Shown piece by piece: positions 51,373-63,231 of a stretch of DNA of 64,000 nucleotides. The notes beneath the pieces are model-generated. The model did not search any database. It saw only the letters and a list, made by a program, of their open reading frames with translations, and was not told the origin of the DNA. This DNA comes from Balanoglossus misakiensis. Its lineage: Eukaryota; Animalia; Hemichordata. Made by a program: the position numbers and the translations under genes. The stretch spans positions 3,626,902 through 3,690,901 of the forward strand of contig CM082585.2 of NCBI GenBank assembly GCA_040954595.2, read 5' to 3'. Positions within the stretch are counted from its first letter, which is position 1; the number at the start of each line of letters is the position of its first letter.

Positions 51373-54300
51373 GTTCATTAAGCAGGCGTGGTATATAACA
51401 CATAGGGATAGGAGAAGGGCGGGCGGAAAGCGGTCGTGTGTCTGAGCTTCTCCGGCGAGACCTCGCACAAATCCTCGACGAGTTAGAAAGAGAAATCGCA
51501 GTGTCGTTCATTAAGCAGGCGTGGTATATAACGCATAGGGATAGGAGAAGGGCGGGCGGAAAGCGGTCGTGTGTCTGAGCTTCTCCGGCGAGACCTCGCA
51601 CAAATCCCCGACGAGTTAGAAAGAGAACTCGCAGTGTCGTTCATTAAGCAGGCGTGGTATATAACGAATAGGGATAGGAGAAGGGCGGGCGAAAAGCGGT
51701 CGTGTGTCTGAGCTTCTCCGGCGAGACCTCGCACAAATCCCCGCCGAGTTAGAAAGGGAACTCGCGGTGTCGTTCATTAAGCAGGCATGGTATATAACGC
51801 ATAGGGATATGAGAAGAGCGGGCGGAAAGCCGTCGTGTGTCTGAGCTTCCCCGGCGAGACCACGCACAAATCCCCGCCGAGTTAGAAAGGGAACTCGTGA
51901 TGTCTTCATTAAGCAGGCGTGGTATATAACGCATAGGGATAGGAGAAGGGCGGGCGGAAAGCCGTCGTGTGTCTGAGCTTCTTGGGCGAGACCTCGCACA
52001 AATCCCCGACGAGTTAGAAAGGGAACTCGCAGTGTCGTTCATTAAGTAGGCGTGGTATATAACGCATAGGGATTGGGGAAGGGCGGGCGGAAAGCGGTCG
52101 TGTGTCTGAGCTTCTCCGGCGAGACCTCGCACAAATCCTCGCCGAGTTAGAAAGGGAACTCGCGGTGTCGTTCATTAAACAGGCGTGGTATATAACGCAT
52201 AGGGATAGGGATAGGAGAAGGAAAGGGTGGATAGCGGTCGCTGTCTGAGCTTCCCCGGCGAGATCTCGCACAAATCCCCGCCGAGTTAGAAAGGGAAATC
52301 GAGGTGTCGTTCATTAAGCAGGCGTGGTATATAACGCATAGGGAAAGGAGAAGGGCGGGCGGAAAGCGGTCGTGTGTCTGAGCTTCTCCGGCGAGACCTC
52401 GCACAAATCCCCGACGAGTTAGAAAGGGAACTCGCAGTGTCGTTCATTAAGCAGGCGTGGTATATAACGCATAGGGATAGGAGAAGGGCGGGCGGAAAGC
52501 GGTCGTGTGTCTGAGCTTCCCCGGCGAGTCCTCGCACAAATCCCCGACGAGTTAGAAAGGGAACTCGCAGTGTCGTTCATTAAGCAGGCGTGGTATATAA
52601 CGCATAGGGATAAGAGAAGGGCGGGCGGAAAGCCGTCGTGTGTCTGAGCTTCCCCGGCGAGACCTCGCACAAATCCCCGACGAGTTAGAAAGGGAACTCG
52701 CAGTGTCGTTCATTAAGTAGGCGTGGTATATAACGCATAGGGATAGGAGAATGGCGGGCGGAAAGCGGTCGTGTGTCTGAGCTTCTCCGGCGAGACCTCG
52801 CACAAATCCCCGCCGAGTTAGAAAGGGAACTCGAGGTGTCGTTCATTAAACAGGCGTGGTATATAACGCATAGGGATAGGAGAAGGGCGGGCGGAAAGCG
52901 GTCGTGTGTCTGAGCTACCCCGGCGAGACCTCGCACAAATCCCCGCCGAGTTAGAAAGGGAACTCGAGGTGTCGTTCATTAAACAGGCGTGGTATATAAC
53001 GCATAGGGATAGGAGAAGTGCGGGCGGAAAGCGGTCGTGTGTCTGAGCTACCCCGGCAAGATCTCGCACAAATCCCCACCGATTTAGAAAGGGAACTCGT
53101 GGTGTCGTTCATTAAACAGGCGTGGTATATAACGCATAGGGATAGGAGAAGAGCGGGCGGAAAGCGGTCGTGTGTCTGAGCTTCCCCGGCGAGTCCTCGC
53201 ACAAATCCCCGCCGAGTTAGAAAGGGAACTCGCGGTATCGTTCATTAAGCAGGCGTGGTATATAACGCATAGGGATAGGAGAAGGGCGGGCGGAAAGCGG
53301 TCGTGTGTCTTAGCTACCCCGGCGAGACCTCGCACAAATCCCCGCCGAGTTAGAAAGGGAACTCGAGGTGTCGTTCATTAAACAGGCGTGGTATATAACG
53401 CATAGGGATAGGAGAATGGCGGGCGGAAAGCGGTCGTGTGTCTGAGCTTCCCCGGCGAGTCCTCGCACAAACCCCTGCCGAGTTAGAAAGGGAACTCACG
53501 GTGTCGTTCATTAAGCAGGCGTGGTATATAACGCATAGGGATAGGAGAAGGACAGGTGAATAGCGGTCGCCTGTCCTAGCTCCCCCGGCGAGACCTTGCA
53601 CAAATCCCCGACGAGTTAGAATGGGAATTCGCGGTGTCGTTCATTAAACAGGCGTGGTATATAACGTATAGGGATTGGAGAAGGACGGGTGGTTAGCGGT
53701 CGCTGTCTGAGCTTCCCCGGCGAGACCTCGCACAAATCCCCGACGAGTTAGAAAGGGAACTCGCGGTGTCGTTCATAAGCAGGCGTGGTATATAACGCAT
53801 AGGGATAGGAGAATGGCGGAAAGCGGTCGTGTGTCTGAGCTTCCCCGGCGAGACCTCGCACAAATCCCAGACGAGTTAGAAAGGGAACTCGTGGTGTCGT
53901 TCATAAGCAGGCGTGGTATATAACGCATAGGGATAGGAGAAGGGCGGGCGGAAAGCGGTCGTGTGTCTGAGCTTCCCTGGCGAGACCTCGCACAAATCCC
54001 CGACGAGTTAGAAAGGGAACTCGTGGTGTCGTTCATTAAGCAGGCGTGGTATATAACGCATAGGGATAGGAGAAGGGCGGGTGGAAAGCGGTCGCTGTCT
54101 GAGCTTCTCCGGCGAGACCTCGCACCAATCCCCGCCGAGTTAGAAAGGGAACTCGCGGTGTCGTCATTTAAGCAGGCGTGGTATATAACGCATAGGGATA
54201 GGAGAAGGGCGGGCGGAAAGCGGTCTCTGTCTGAGCTTCTCCTGCGAGACCTCGCACCAATCCCCGCCGAGTTAGAAAGGGAACTCGCGGTGTCGTCATT

Positions 54301-57300
54301 TAAGCAGGCGTGGTATATAACGCATAGGGATAGGAGAAGGGCGGGCGGAAAGCGGTCGCTGTCTGAGCTTCTCCGGCGAGACCTCGCACCAATCCCCGCC
54401 GAGTTAGAAAGGGAACTCGCGGTGTCGTCATTTAAGCAGGCGTGGTATATAACGCATAGGGATAGGAGAAGGGCGGGCGGAAAGCGGTCGCTGTCTGAGC
54501 TTCTCCGGCGAGACCTCGCACCAATCCCCGCCGAGTTAGAAAGGGAACTCGCGGTGTTGTCATTTAAGCAGGCGTGGTATATAACGCATAGGGATAGGAG
54601 AAGGGCGGGCGGAAAGCGGTCGTGTGTCTGAGCTTCCCCGGCGAGACCTCGCACAAATCCCAGACGAGTTAGAAAGGGAACTCGTGGTGTCGTTCATAAG
54701 CAGGCGTTGTATATAACGCATAGGGATAGGAGAAGGGCGGGCGGAAAGCGGTCGTGTGTCTGAGCTTCCCCGGCGAGACCTCGCACAAATCCCCGACGAG
54801 TTAGAAAGGGAACTCGTGGTGTCGTTCATTAAGCAGGCGTGGTATATAACGCATAGGGATAGGAGAAGGGCGGGTGGAAAGCGGTCGCTGTCTGAGCTTC
54901 TCCGGCGAGACCTCGCACCAATCCCCGCCGAGTTAGAAAGGGAACTCGCGGTGTCGTCATTTAAGCAGGCGTGGTATATAACGCATAGGGATAGGAGAAG
55001 GGCGGGCGGAAAGCGGTCGCTGTCTGAGCTTCTCCGGCGAGACCTCGCACCAATCCCCGCCGAGTTAGAAAGGGAACTCGCGGTGTCGTCATTTAAGCAG
55101 GCGTGGTATATAACGCATAGGGATAGGAGAAGGGCGGGCGGAAAGCGGTCGTGTGTCTGAGCTTCTCCGGCGAGACCTCGCACAAATCCCCGACGAGTTA
55201 GAAAGAGAACTCGCAGTGTCGTTCATTAAGCAGGCGTGGTATATAACGAATAGGGATAGGAGAAGGGCGGGCGAAAAGCGGTCGTGTGTCTGAGCTTCTC
55301 CGGCGAGACCTCGCACAAATCCCCGCCGAGTTAGAAAGGGAACTCGCGGTGTCGTTCATTAAGCAGGCATGGTATATAACGCATAGGGATATGAGAAGAG
55401 CGGGCGGAAAGCCGTCGTGTGTCTGAGCTTCCCCGGCGAGACCACGCACAAATCCCCGCCGAGTTAGAAAGGGAACTCGTGATGTCTTCATTAAGCAGGC
55501 GTGGTATATAACGCATAGGGATAGGAGAAGGGCGGGCGGAAAGCCGTCGTGTGTCTGAGCTTCTTGGGCGAGACCTCGCACAAATCCCCGACGAGTTAGA
55601 AAGGGAACTCGCAGTGTCGTTCATTAAGTAGGCGTGGTATATAACGCATAGGGATTGGGGAAGGGCGGGCGGAAAGCGGTCGTGTGTCTGAGCTTCTCCG
55701 GCGAGACCTCGCACAAATCCTCGCCGAGTTAGAAAGGGAACTCGCGGTGTCGTTCATTAAACAGGCGTGGTATATAACGCATAGGGATAGGGATAGGAGA
55801 AGGAAAGGGTGGATAGCGGTCGCTGTCTGAGCTTCCCCGGCGAGATCTCGCACAAATCCCCGCCGAGTTAGAAAGGGAAATCGAGGTGTCGTTCATTAAG
55901 CAGGCGTGGTATATAACGCATAGGGAAAGGAGAAGGGCGGGCGGAAAGCGGTCGTGTGTCTGAGCTTCTCCGGCGAGACCTCGCACAAATCCCCGACGAG
56001 TTAGAAAGGGAACTCGCAGTGTCGTTCATTAAGCAGGCGTGGTATATAACGCATAGGGATAGGAGAAGGGCGGGCGGAAAGCGGTCGTGTGTCTGAGCTT
56101 CCCCGGCGAGTCCTCGCACAAATCCCCGACGAGTTAGAAAGGGAACTCGCAGTGTCGTTCATTAAGCAGGCGTGGTATATAACGCATAGGGATAAGAGAA
56201 GGGCGGGCGGAAAGCCGTCGTGTGTCTGAGCTTCCCCGGCGAGACCTCGCACAAATCCCCGACGAGTTAGAAAGGGAACTCGCAGTGTCGTTCATTAAGT
56301 AGGCGTGGTATATAACGCATAGGGATAGGAGAATGGCGGGCGGAAAGCGGTCGTGTGTCTGAGCTTCTCCGGCGAGACCTCGCACAAATCCCCGCCGAGT
56401 TAGAAAGGGAACTCGAGGTGTCGTTCATTAAACAGGCGTGGTATATAACGCATAGGGATAGGAGAAGGGCGGGCGGAAAGCGGTCGTGTGTCTGAGCTAC
56501 CCCGGCGAGACCTCGCACAAATCCCCGCCGAGTTAGAAAGGGAACTCGAGGTGTCGTTCATTAAACAGGCGTGGTATATAACGCATAGGGATAGGAGAAG
56601 TGCGGGCGGAAAGCGGTCGTGTGTCTGAGCTACCCCGGCAAGATCTCGCACAAATCCCCACCGATTTAGAAAGGGAACTCGTGGTGTCGTTCATTAAACA
56701 GGCGTGGTATATAACGCATAGGGATAGGAGAAGAGCGGGCGGAAAGCGGTCGTGTGTCTGAGCTTCCCCGGCGAGTCCTCGCACAAATCCCCGCCGAGTT
56801 AGAAAGGGAACTCGCGGTATCGTTCATTAAGCAGGCGTGGTATATAACGCATAGGGATAGGAGAAGGGCGGGCGGAAAGCGGTCGTGTGTCTTAGCTACC
56901 CCGGCGAGACCTCGCACAAATCCCCGCCGAGTTAGAAAGGGAACTCGAGGTGTCGTTCATTAAACAGGCGTGGTATATAACGCATAGGGATAGGAGAATG
57001 GCGGGCGGAAAGCGGTCGTGTGTCTGAGCTTCCCCGGCGAGTCCTCGCACAAACCCCTGCCGAGTTAGAAAGGGAACTCACGGTGTCGTTCATTAAGCAG
57101 GCGTGGTATATAACGCATAGGGATAGGAGAAGGACAGGTGAATAGCGGTCGCCTGTCCTAGCTCCCCCGGCGAGACCTTGCACAAATCCCCGACGAGTTA
57201 GAATGGGAATTCGCGGTGTCGTTCATTAAACAGGCGTGGTATATAACGTATAGGGATTGGAGAAGGACGGGTGGTTAGCGGTCGCTGTCTGAGCTTCCCC

Positions 57301-60300
57301 GGCGAGACCTCGCACAAATCCCCGACGAGTTAGAAAGGGAACTCGCGGTGTCGTTCATAAGCAGGCGTGGTATATAACGCATAGGGATAGGAGAATGGCG
57401 GAAAGCGGTCGTGTGTCTGAGCTTCCCCGGCGAGACCTCGCACAAATCCCAGACGAGTTAGAAAGGGAACTCGTGGTGTCGTTCATAAGCAGGCGTGGTA
57501 TATAACGCATAGGGATAGGAGAAGGGCGGGCGGAAAGCGGTCGTGTGTCTGAGCTTCCCTGGCGAGACCTCGCACAAATCCCCGACGAGTTAGAAAGGGA
57601 ACTCGTGGTGTCGTTCATTAAGCAGGCGTGGTATATAACGCATAGGGATAGGAGAAGGGCGGGTGGAAAGCGGTCGCTGTCTGAGCTTCTCCGGCGAGAC
57701 CTCGCACCAATCCCCGCCGAGTTAGAAAGGGAACTCGCGGTGTCGTCATTTAAGCAGGCGTGGTATATAACGCATAGGGATAGGAGAAGGGCGGGCGGAA
57801 AGCGGTCTCTGTCTGAGCTTCTCCTGCGAGACCTCGCACCAATCCCCGCCGAGTTAGAAAGGGAACTCGCGGTGTCGTCATTTAAGCAGGCGTGGTATAT
57901 AACGCATAGGGATAGGAGAAGGGCGGGCGGAAAGCGGTCGCTGTCTGAGCTTCTCCGGCGAGACCTCGCACCAATCCCCGCCGAGTTAGAAAGGGAACTC
58001 GCGGTGTCGTCATTTAAGCAGGCGTGGTATATAACGCATAGGGATAGGAGAAGGGCGGGCGGAAAGCGGTCGCTGTCTGAGCTTCTCCGGCGAGACCTCG
58101 CACCAATCCCCGCCGAGTTAGAAAGGGAACTCGCGGTGTTGTCATTTAAGCAGGCGTGGTATATAACGCATAGGGATAGGAGAAGGGCGGGCGGAAAGCG
58201 GTCGTGTGTCTGAGCTTCCCCGGCGAGACCTCGCACAAATCCCAGACGAGTTAGAAAGGGAACTCGTGGTGTCGTTCATAAGCAGGCGTGGTATATAACG
58301 CATAGTGATAGGAGAAGGGCGGGCGGAAAGCGGTCGTGTGTCTGAGCTTCCCCGGCGAGACCTCGCACAAATCCCCGACGAGTTAGAAAGGGAACTCGTG
58401 GTGTCGTTCATTAAGCAGGCGTGGTATATAACGCATAGGGATAGGAGAAGGGCGGGTGGAAAGCGGTCGCTGTCTGAGCTTCTCCGGCGAGACCTCGCAC
58501 CAATCCCCGCCGAGTTAGAAAGGGAACTCGCGGTGTCGTCATTTAAGCAGGCGTGGTATATAACGCATAGGGATAGGAGAAGGGCGGGCGGAAAGCGGTC
58601 GCTGTCTGAGCTTCTCCGGCGAGACCTCGCACCAATCCCCGCCGAGTTAGAAAGGGAACTCGCGGTGTCGTCATTTAAGCAGGCGTGGTATATAACGCAT
58701 AGGGATAGGAGAAGGGCGGGCGGAAAGCGGTCGCTGTCTGAGCTTCCCCGGCGAGATCTCGCACAAATCCCCGCCGAGTTAGAATGGGAAATCGAGGTGT
58801 CGTTCATTAAGCAGGCGTGGTATATAACGCATAGGGAAAGGAGAAGGGCGGGCGGAAAGCGGTCGTGTGTCTGAGCTTCTCCGGCGAGACCTCGCACAAA
58901 TCCCCGACGAGTTAGAAAGGGAACTCGCAGTGTCGTTCATTAAGCAGGCGTGGTATATAACGCATAGGGATAGGAGAAGGGCGGGCGGAAAGCGGTCGTG
59001 TGTCTGAGCTTCCCCGGCGAGTCCTCGCACAAATCCCCGACGAGTTAGAAAGGGAACTCGCAGTGTCGTTCATTAAGCAGGCGTGGTATATAACGCATAG
59101 GGATAGGAGAATGGCGGGCGGAAAGCGGTCGTGTGTCTGAGCTTCTCCGGCGAGACCTCGCACAAATCCCCGCCGAGTTAGAAAGGGAACTCGAGGTGTC
59201 GTTCATTAAACAGGCGTGGTATATAACGCATAGGGATAGGAGAAGGGCGGGCGGAAAGCGGTCGTGTGTCTGAGCTACCCCGGCGAGACCTCGCACAAAT
59301 CCCCGCCGAGTTAGAAAGGGAACTCGAGGTGTCGTTCATTAAACAGGCGTGGTATATAACGCATAGGGATAGGAGAAGTGCTGGCGGAAAGCGGTCGTGT
59401 GTCTGAGCTACCCCGGCAAGATCTCGCACAAATCCCCACCGATTTAGAAAGGGAACTCGTGGTGTCGTTCATTAAACAGGCGTGGTATATAACGCATAGG
59501 GATAGGAGAAGAGCGGGCGGAAAGCGGTCGTGTGTCTGAGCTTCCCCGGCGAGTCCTCGCACAAATCCCCGCCGAGTTAGAAAGGGAACTCGCGGTATCG
59601 TTCATTAAGCAGGCGTGGTATATAACGCATAGGGATAGGAGAAGGGCGGGCGGAAAGCGGTCGTGTGTCTTAGCTACCCCGGCGAGACCTCGCACAAATC
59701 CCCGCCGAGTTAGAAAGGGAACTCGAGGTGTCGTTCATTAAACAGGCGTGGTATATAACGCATAGGGATAGGAGAATGGCGGGCGGAAAGCGGTCGTGTG
59801 TCTGAGCTTCCCCGGCGAGTCCTCGCACAAACCCCTGCCGAGTTAGAAAGGGAACTCGCGGTGTCGTTCATTAAGCAGGCGTGGTATATAACGCATAGGG
59901 ATAGGAGAAGGACAGGTGAATAGCGGTCGCCTGTCCTAGCTCCCCCGGCGAGACCTTGCACAAATCCCCGACGAGTTAGAATGGGAATTCGCGGTGTCGT
60001 TCATTAAACAGGCGTGGTATATAACGTATAGGGATTGGAGAAGGACGGGTGGTTAGCGGTCGCTGTCTGAGCTTCCCCGGCGAGACCTCGCACAAATCCC
60101 CGACGAGTTAGAAAGGGAACTCGCGGTGTCGTTCATAAGCAGGCGTGGTATATAACGCATAGGGATAGGAGAATGGCGGAAAGCGGTCGTGTGTCTGAGC
60201 TTCCCCGGCGAGACCTCGCACAAATCCCAGACGAGTTAGAAAGGGAACTCGTGGTGTCGTTCATAAGCAGGCGTGGTATATAACGCATAGGGATAGGAGA

Positions 60301-62566
60301 AGGGCGGGCGGAAAGCGGTCGTGTGTCTGAGCTTCCCTGGCGAGACCTCGCACAAATCCCCGACGAGTTAGAAAGGGAACTCGTGGTGTCGTTCATTAAG
60401 CAGGCGTGGTATATAACGCATAGGGATAGGAGAAGGGCGGGTGGAAAGCGGTTGCTGTCTGAGCTTCTCCGGCGAGACCTCGCACCAATCCCCGCCGAGT
60501 TAGAAAGGGAACTCGCGGTGTCGTCATTTAAGCAGGCGTGGTATATAACGCATAGGGATAGGAGAAGGGCGGGCGGAAAGCGGTCGCTGTCTGAGCTTCT
60601 CCGGCGAGACCTCGCACCAATCCCCGCCGAGTTAGAAAGGGAACTCGCGGTGTCGTCATTTAAGCAGGCGTGGTATATAACGCATAGGGATAGGAGAAGG
60701 GCGGGCGGAAAGCGGTCGCTGTCTGAGCTTCTCCGGCGAGACCTCGCACCAATCCCCGCCGAGTTAGAAAGGGAACTCGCGGTGTCGTCATTTAAGCAGG
60801 CGTGGTATATAACGCATAGGGATAGGAGAAGGGCGGGCGGAAAGCGGTCGCTGTCTGAGCTTCTCCGGCGAGACCTCGCACCAATCCCCGCCGAGTTAGA
60901 AAGGGAACTCGCGGTGTTGTCATTTAAGCAGGCGTGGTATATAACGCATAGGGAAAGGAGAAGGGCGGGCGGAAAGCGGTCGTGTGTCTGAGCTTCCCCG
61001 GCGAGACCTCGCACAAATCCCAGACGAGTTAGAAAGGGAACTCGTGGTGTCGTTCATAAGCAGGCGTGGTATATAACGCATAGGGATAGGAGAAGGGCGG
61101 GCGGAAAGCGGTCGTGTGTCTGAGCTTCCCCGGCGAGACCTCGCACAAATCCCCGACGAGTTAGAAAGGGAACTCGTGGTGTCGTTCATTAAGCAGGCGT
61201 GGTATATAACGCATAGGGATAGGAGAAGGGCGGGTGGAAAGCGGTCGCTGTCTGAGCTTCTCCGGCGAGACCTCGCACCAATCCCCGCCGAGTTAGAAAG
61301 GGAACTCGCGGTGTCGTCATTTAAGCAGGCGTGGTATATAACGCATAGGGATAGGAGAAGGGCGGGCGGAAAGCGGTCGCTGTCTGAGCTTCTCCGGCGA
61401 GACCTCGCACCAATCCCCGCCGAGTTAGAAAGGGAACTCGCGGTGTCGTCATTTAAGCAGGCGTGGTATATAACGCATAGGGATAGGAGAAGGGCGGGCG
61501 GAAAGCGGTCGCTGTCTGAGCTTCTCCGGCGAGACCTCGCACCAATCCCCGCCGAGTTAGAAAGGGAACTCGCGGTGTTGTCATTTAAGCAGGCGTGGTA
61601 TATAACGCATAGGGATAGGAGAAGGGCGGGCGGAAAGCGGTCGTGTGTCTGAGCTTCCTCGGCGAGACCTCGCACAAATCCCCGACGAGTTAGAAAGGGA
61701 ACTCGCAGTGTCGTTCATTAAGCAGGCGTGGTATATAACGCATATGGATAGGAGAAGGGCGGGCGGAAAGCGGTCGTGTGTCTGAGCTTCCCCGGCGAGA
61801 CCTCGCACAAATCCCAGACGAGTTAGAAAGGGAACTCGTGGTGTCGTTCATTAAGCAGGCGTGGTATATAACGCATAGGGATAGGAGAAGGGCGGGCGGA
61901 AAGCGGTCGTGTGTCTGAGCTTCCCCGGCGAGACCTCGCACAAATCCCCGACGAGTTAGAAAGGGAACTCGAGGTGTCGTTCATTAAGCAGGCGTGGTAT
62001 ATAACGCATAGGGATATGAGAACGGCGGGCGGAAAGCGGTCGCTGTCTGAGCTTCTCCGGCGAGACCTCGCACCAATCCCCGCCGAGTTAGAAAGGGAAC
62101 TCGCGGTGTCGTCATTTAAGCAGGCGTGGTATATAACGCATAGGGATAGGAGAAGGACGGGTGGATTGTGGTCGTGTGTCTGAGCTTCTCCGGCGAGACC
62201 TCGCACAAATCCCCGCCGAGTTAGAAAGGGAACTCGCTGTGTGGTTTGTTAAGCAGGCGTGGTATATAACGCATAAGGATAGGAGAAGGGCGGGCGGAAA
62301 GCGGTCGCTTTTACGAGCTCCCCCGGCGAGACCTCGCTCAAATCCCCGACCAGTTAGAAAGGGAATTCGCTGTGTGGTTCTTTAAGCAGGCGTGGTATAT
62401 AACGCATAGGGACAGGAGAGGACGGGTGGAAAGCGGTCGCTGTCTGAGCTAACCCGGCGAGACCTCGCACAAATCCCCGCCGAGTTAGAAAGGGAATTCG
62501 CTGTGTGGTTCTTTAAGCAGGCGTGGTATATAACGCATGGGGAAAGGAGAAGGACGGGTGGATAGC
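51373..62566. repeat. 133-bp satellite, right block (about 85 monomers), diverged subfamilies in a higher-order repeat
   Basis: Same monomer and orientation as the left block. Distinct 132-bp subfamily (GGTCGCTGTC, GCACCAATC, GTCGTCATTT). Offsets of 3582 bp (51616/55198, 53773/57355) and 2778 bp (57355/60133). Ends at ...GGGTGGATAGC 62566. Confidence 0.98.
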
Positions 62567-63185
62567 AATTGTTCCGATGTATATTGGAATTGGAATTCGA
62601 AAGTTGGTGAATTTCAACAACAGCAAAAAAATAATGCTTTTTGTGCACCATGGTTTCGTAAATAATGGGACAGTTCATCTGGTAAATGGAATTAGGCCTT
62701 GTCACTTCATTGGCTCGGGTACTATTTTATGTTTCATTTCAATTTTAGCAACATTTCATGTTTCCCATTTCTTTAGAGAATTCCTTTTTTTCTATAAACA
62801 AGTAATTTCTGCTTGCATAGTGCAAAAGGTGGTCGGTCATTTTCACCAAACCCAGTCATTTAGATGTGCGCAATCAAATTATCTGGGATAATATCAACAT
62901 TTCAGATAATGGTAAGACTCTTTTTTCCCTAGTTGGATTCATTCAAATATTATGTTCAGGACATCGTTGATACCAACGGCGATTTTCTTCCACCTACTCT
63001 ATTGTTATATAAAACTCAAGAATAAGTCAAACTAGATTGTTGAATGGATAAAGTTGCGGAACCTTATTCCCATAGAATGGAAATCTGTGTTGAAAGGTAC
63101 TCAGTTGCATCAGATTCGTAGATTAAAGAATTTCATTCATGTCAATGGAAAACATTTGGTTTTACCTAAAGATCTGCCTCGCCTT
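62567..63185 (+). mobile_element. Decayed L1/Tx1-clade non-LTR retrotransposon ORF2 fragment (region C-terminal to the RT domain)
   Basis: Manual + strand translation across frameshifts gives IP..FYKQVISA (~62780-62813), NQIIWDNINISDNGKTLFFPSWIHSNI (from 62872), YVQDIVDTNGDFLP, and LKNKSN*IVEWIKLRNLIPIEWKSVLK (TAG at 63033; EW at 63042). This matches the FY..V..A / Q.IW.N..I...GK.LF...W....I..V.D / IP..WK pattern I recall for Tx1-like ORF2. Multiple stops and frameshifts. Confidence 0.8.
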
Positions 63186-63231
63186 ACTTCATTTTTAGTA
63201 GTATAGGTTGGAGCCGTAGCACTCTCATTTG

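Noticed and set aside
50848-51601. ORFs across the insert and junction (66, 92, 72 and 204 aa)
   Set aside because: Chimeric with satellite sequence or inside the degenerate repeat, with no recognisable domain.
97-62385. Hundreds of 83-293-aa ORFs (MRGLAGEAQ..., MSELLRRD...)
   Set aside because: They are translations of the satellite. 133 is not a multiple of 3, the ORFs overlap each other, and longer ones appear only where 129- or 132-bp monomers keep the frame.
1-62566. CRISPR array
   Set aside because: The whole monomer repeats. There are no unique spacers and no cas genes.
1-62566. Hammerhead, HDV-like, twister or pistol ribozyme in the monomer (as in newt, cricket and schistosome satellites)
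   Set aside because: GAAA..GTC..CTGA is present but reads CTGAGCT, not CUGANGA. The minus strand has TT(A/G)ATGA but no GAAA. I could not build the required pseudoknots for the other classes by eye.
1-62566. Functional 5S rRNA gene array
   Set aside because: No non-transcribed spacer, no T-run terminator, low identity, and the helix IV/V domain cannot form. At most the monomer is 5S-derived.
62382-62705. Minus-strand 107-aa ORF
   Set aside because: It spans the satellite/retrotransposon junction antisense to the Tx1-like peptide motifs.
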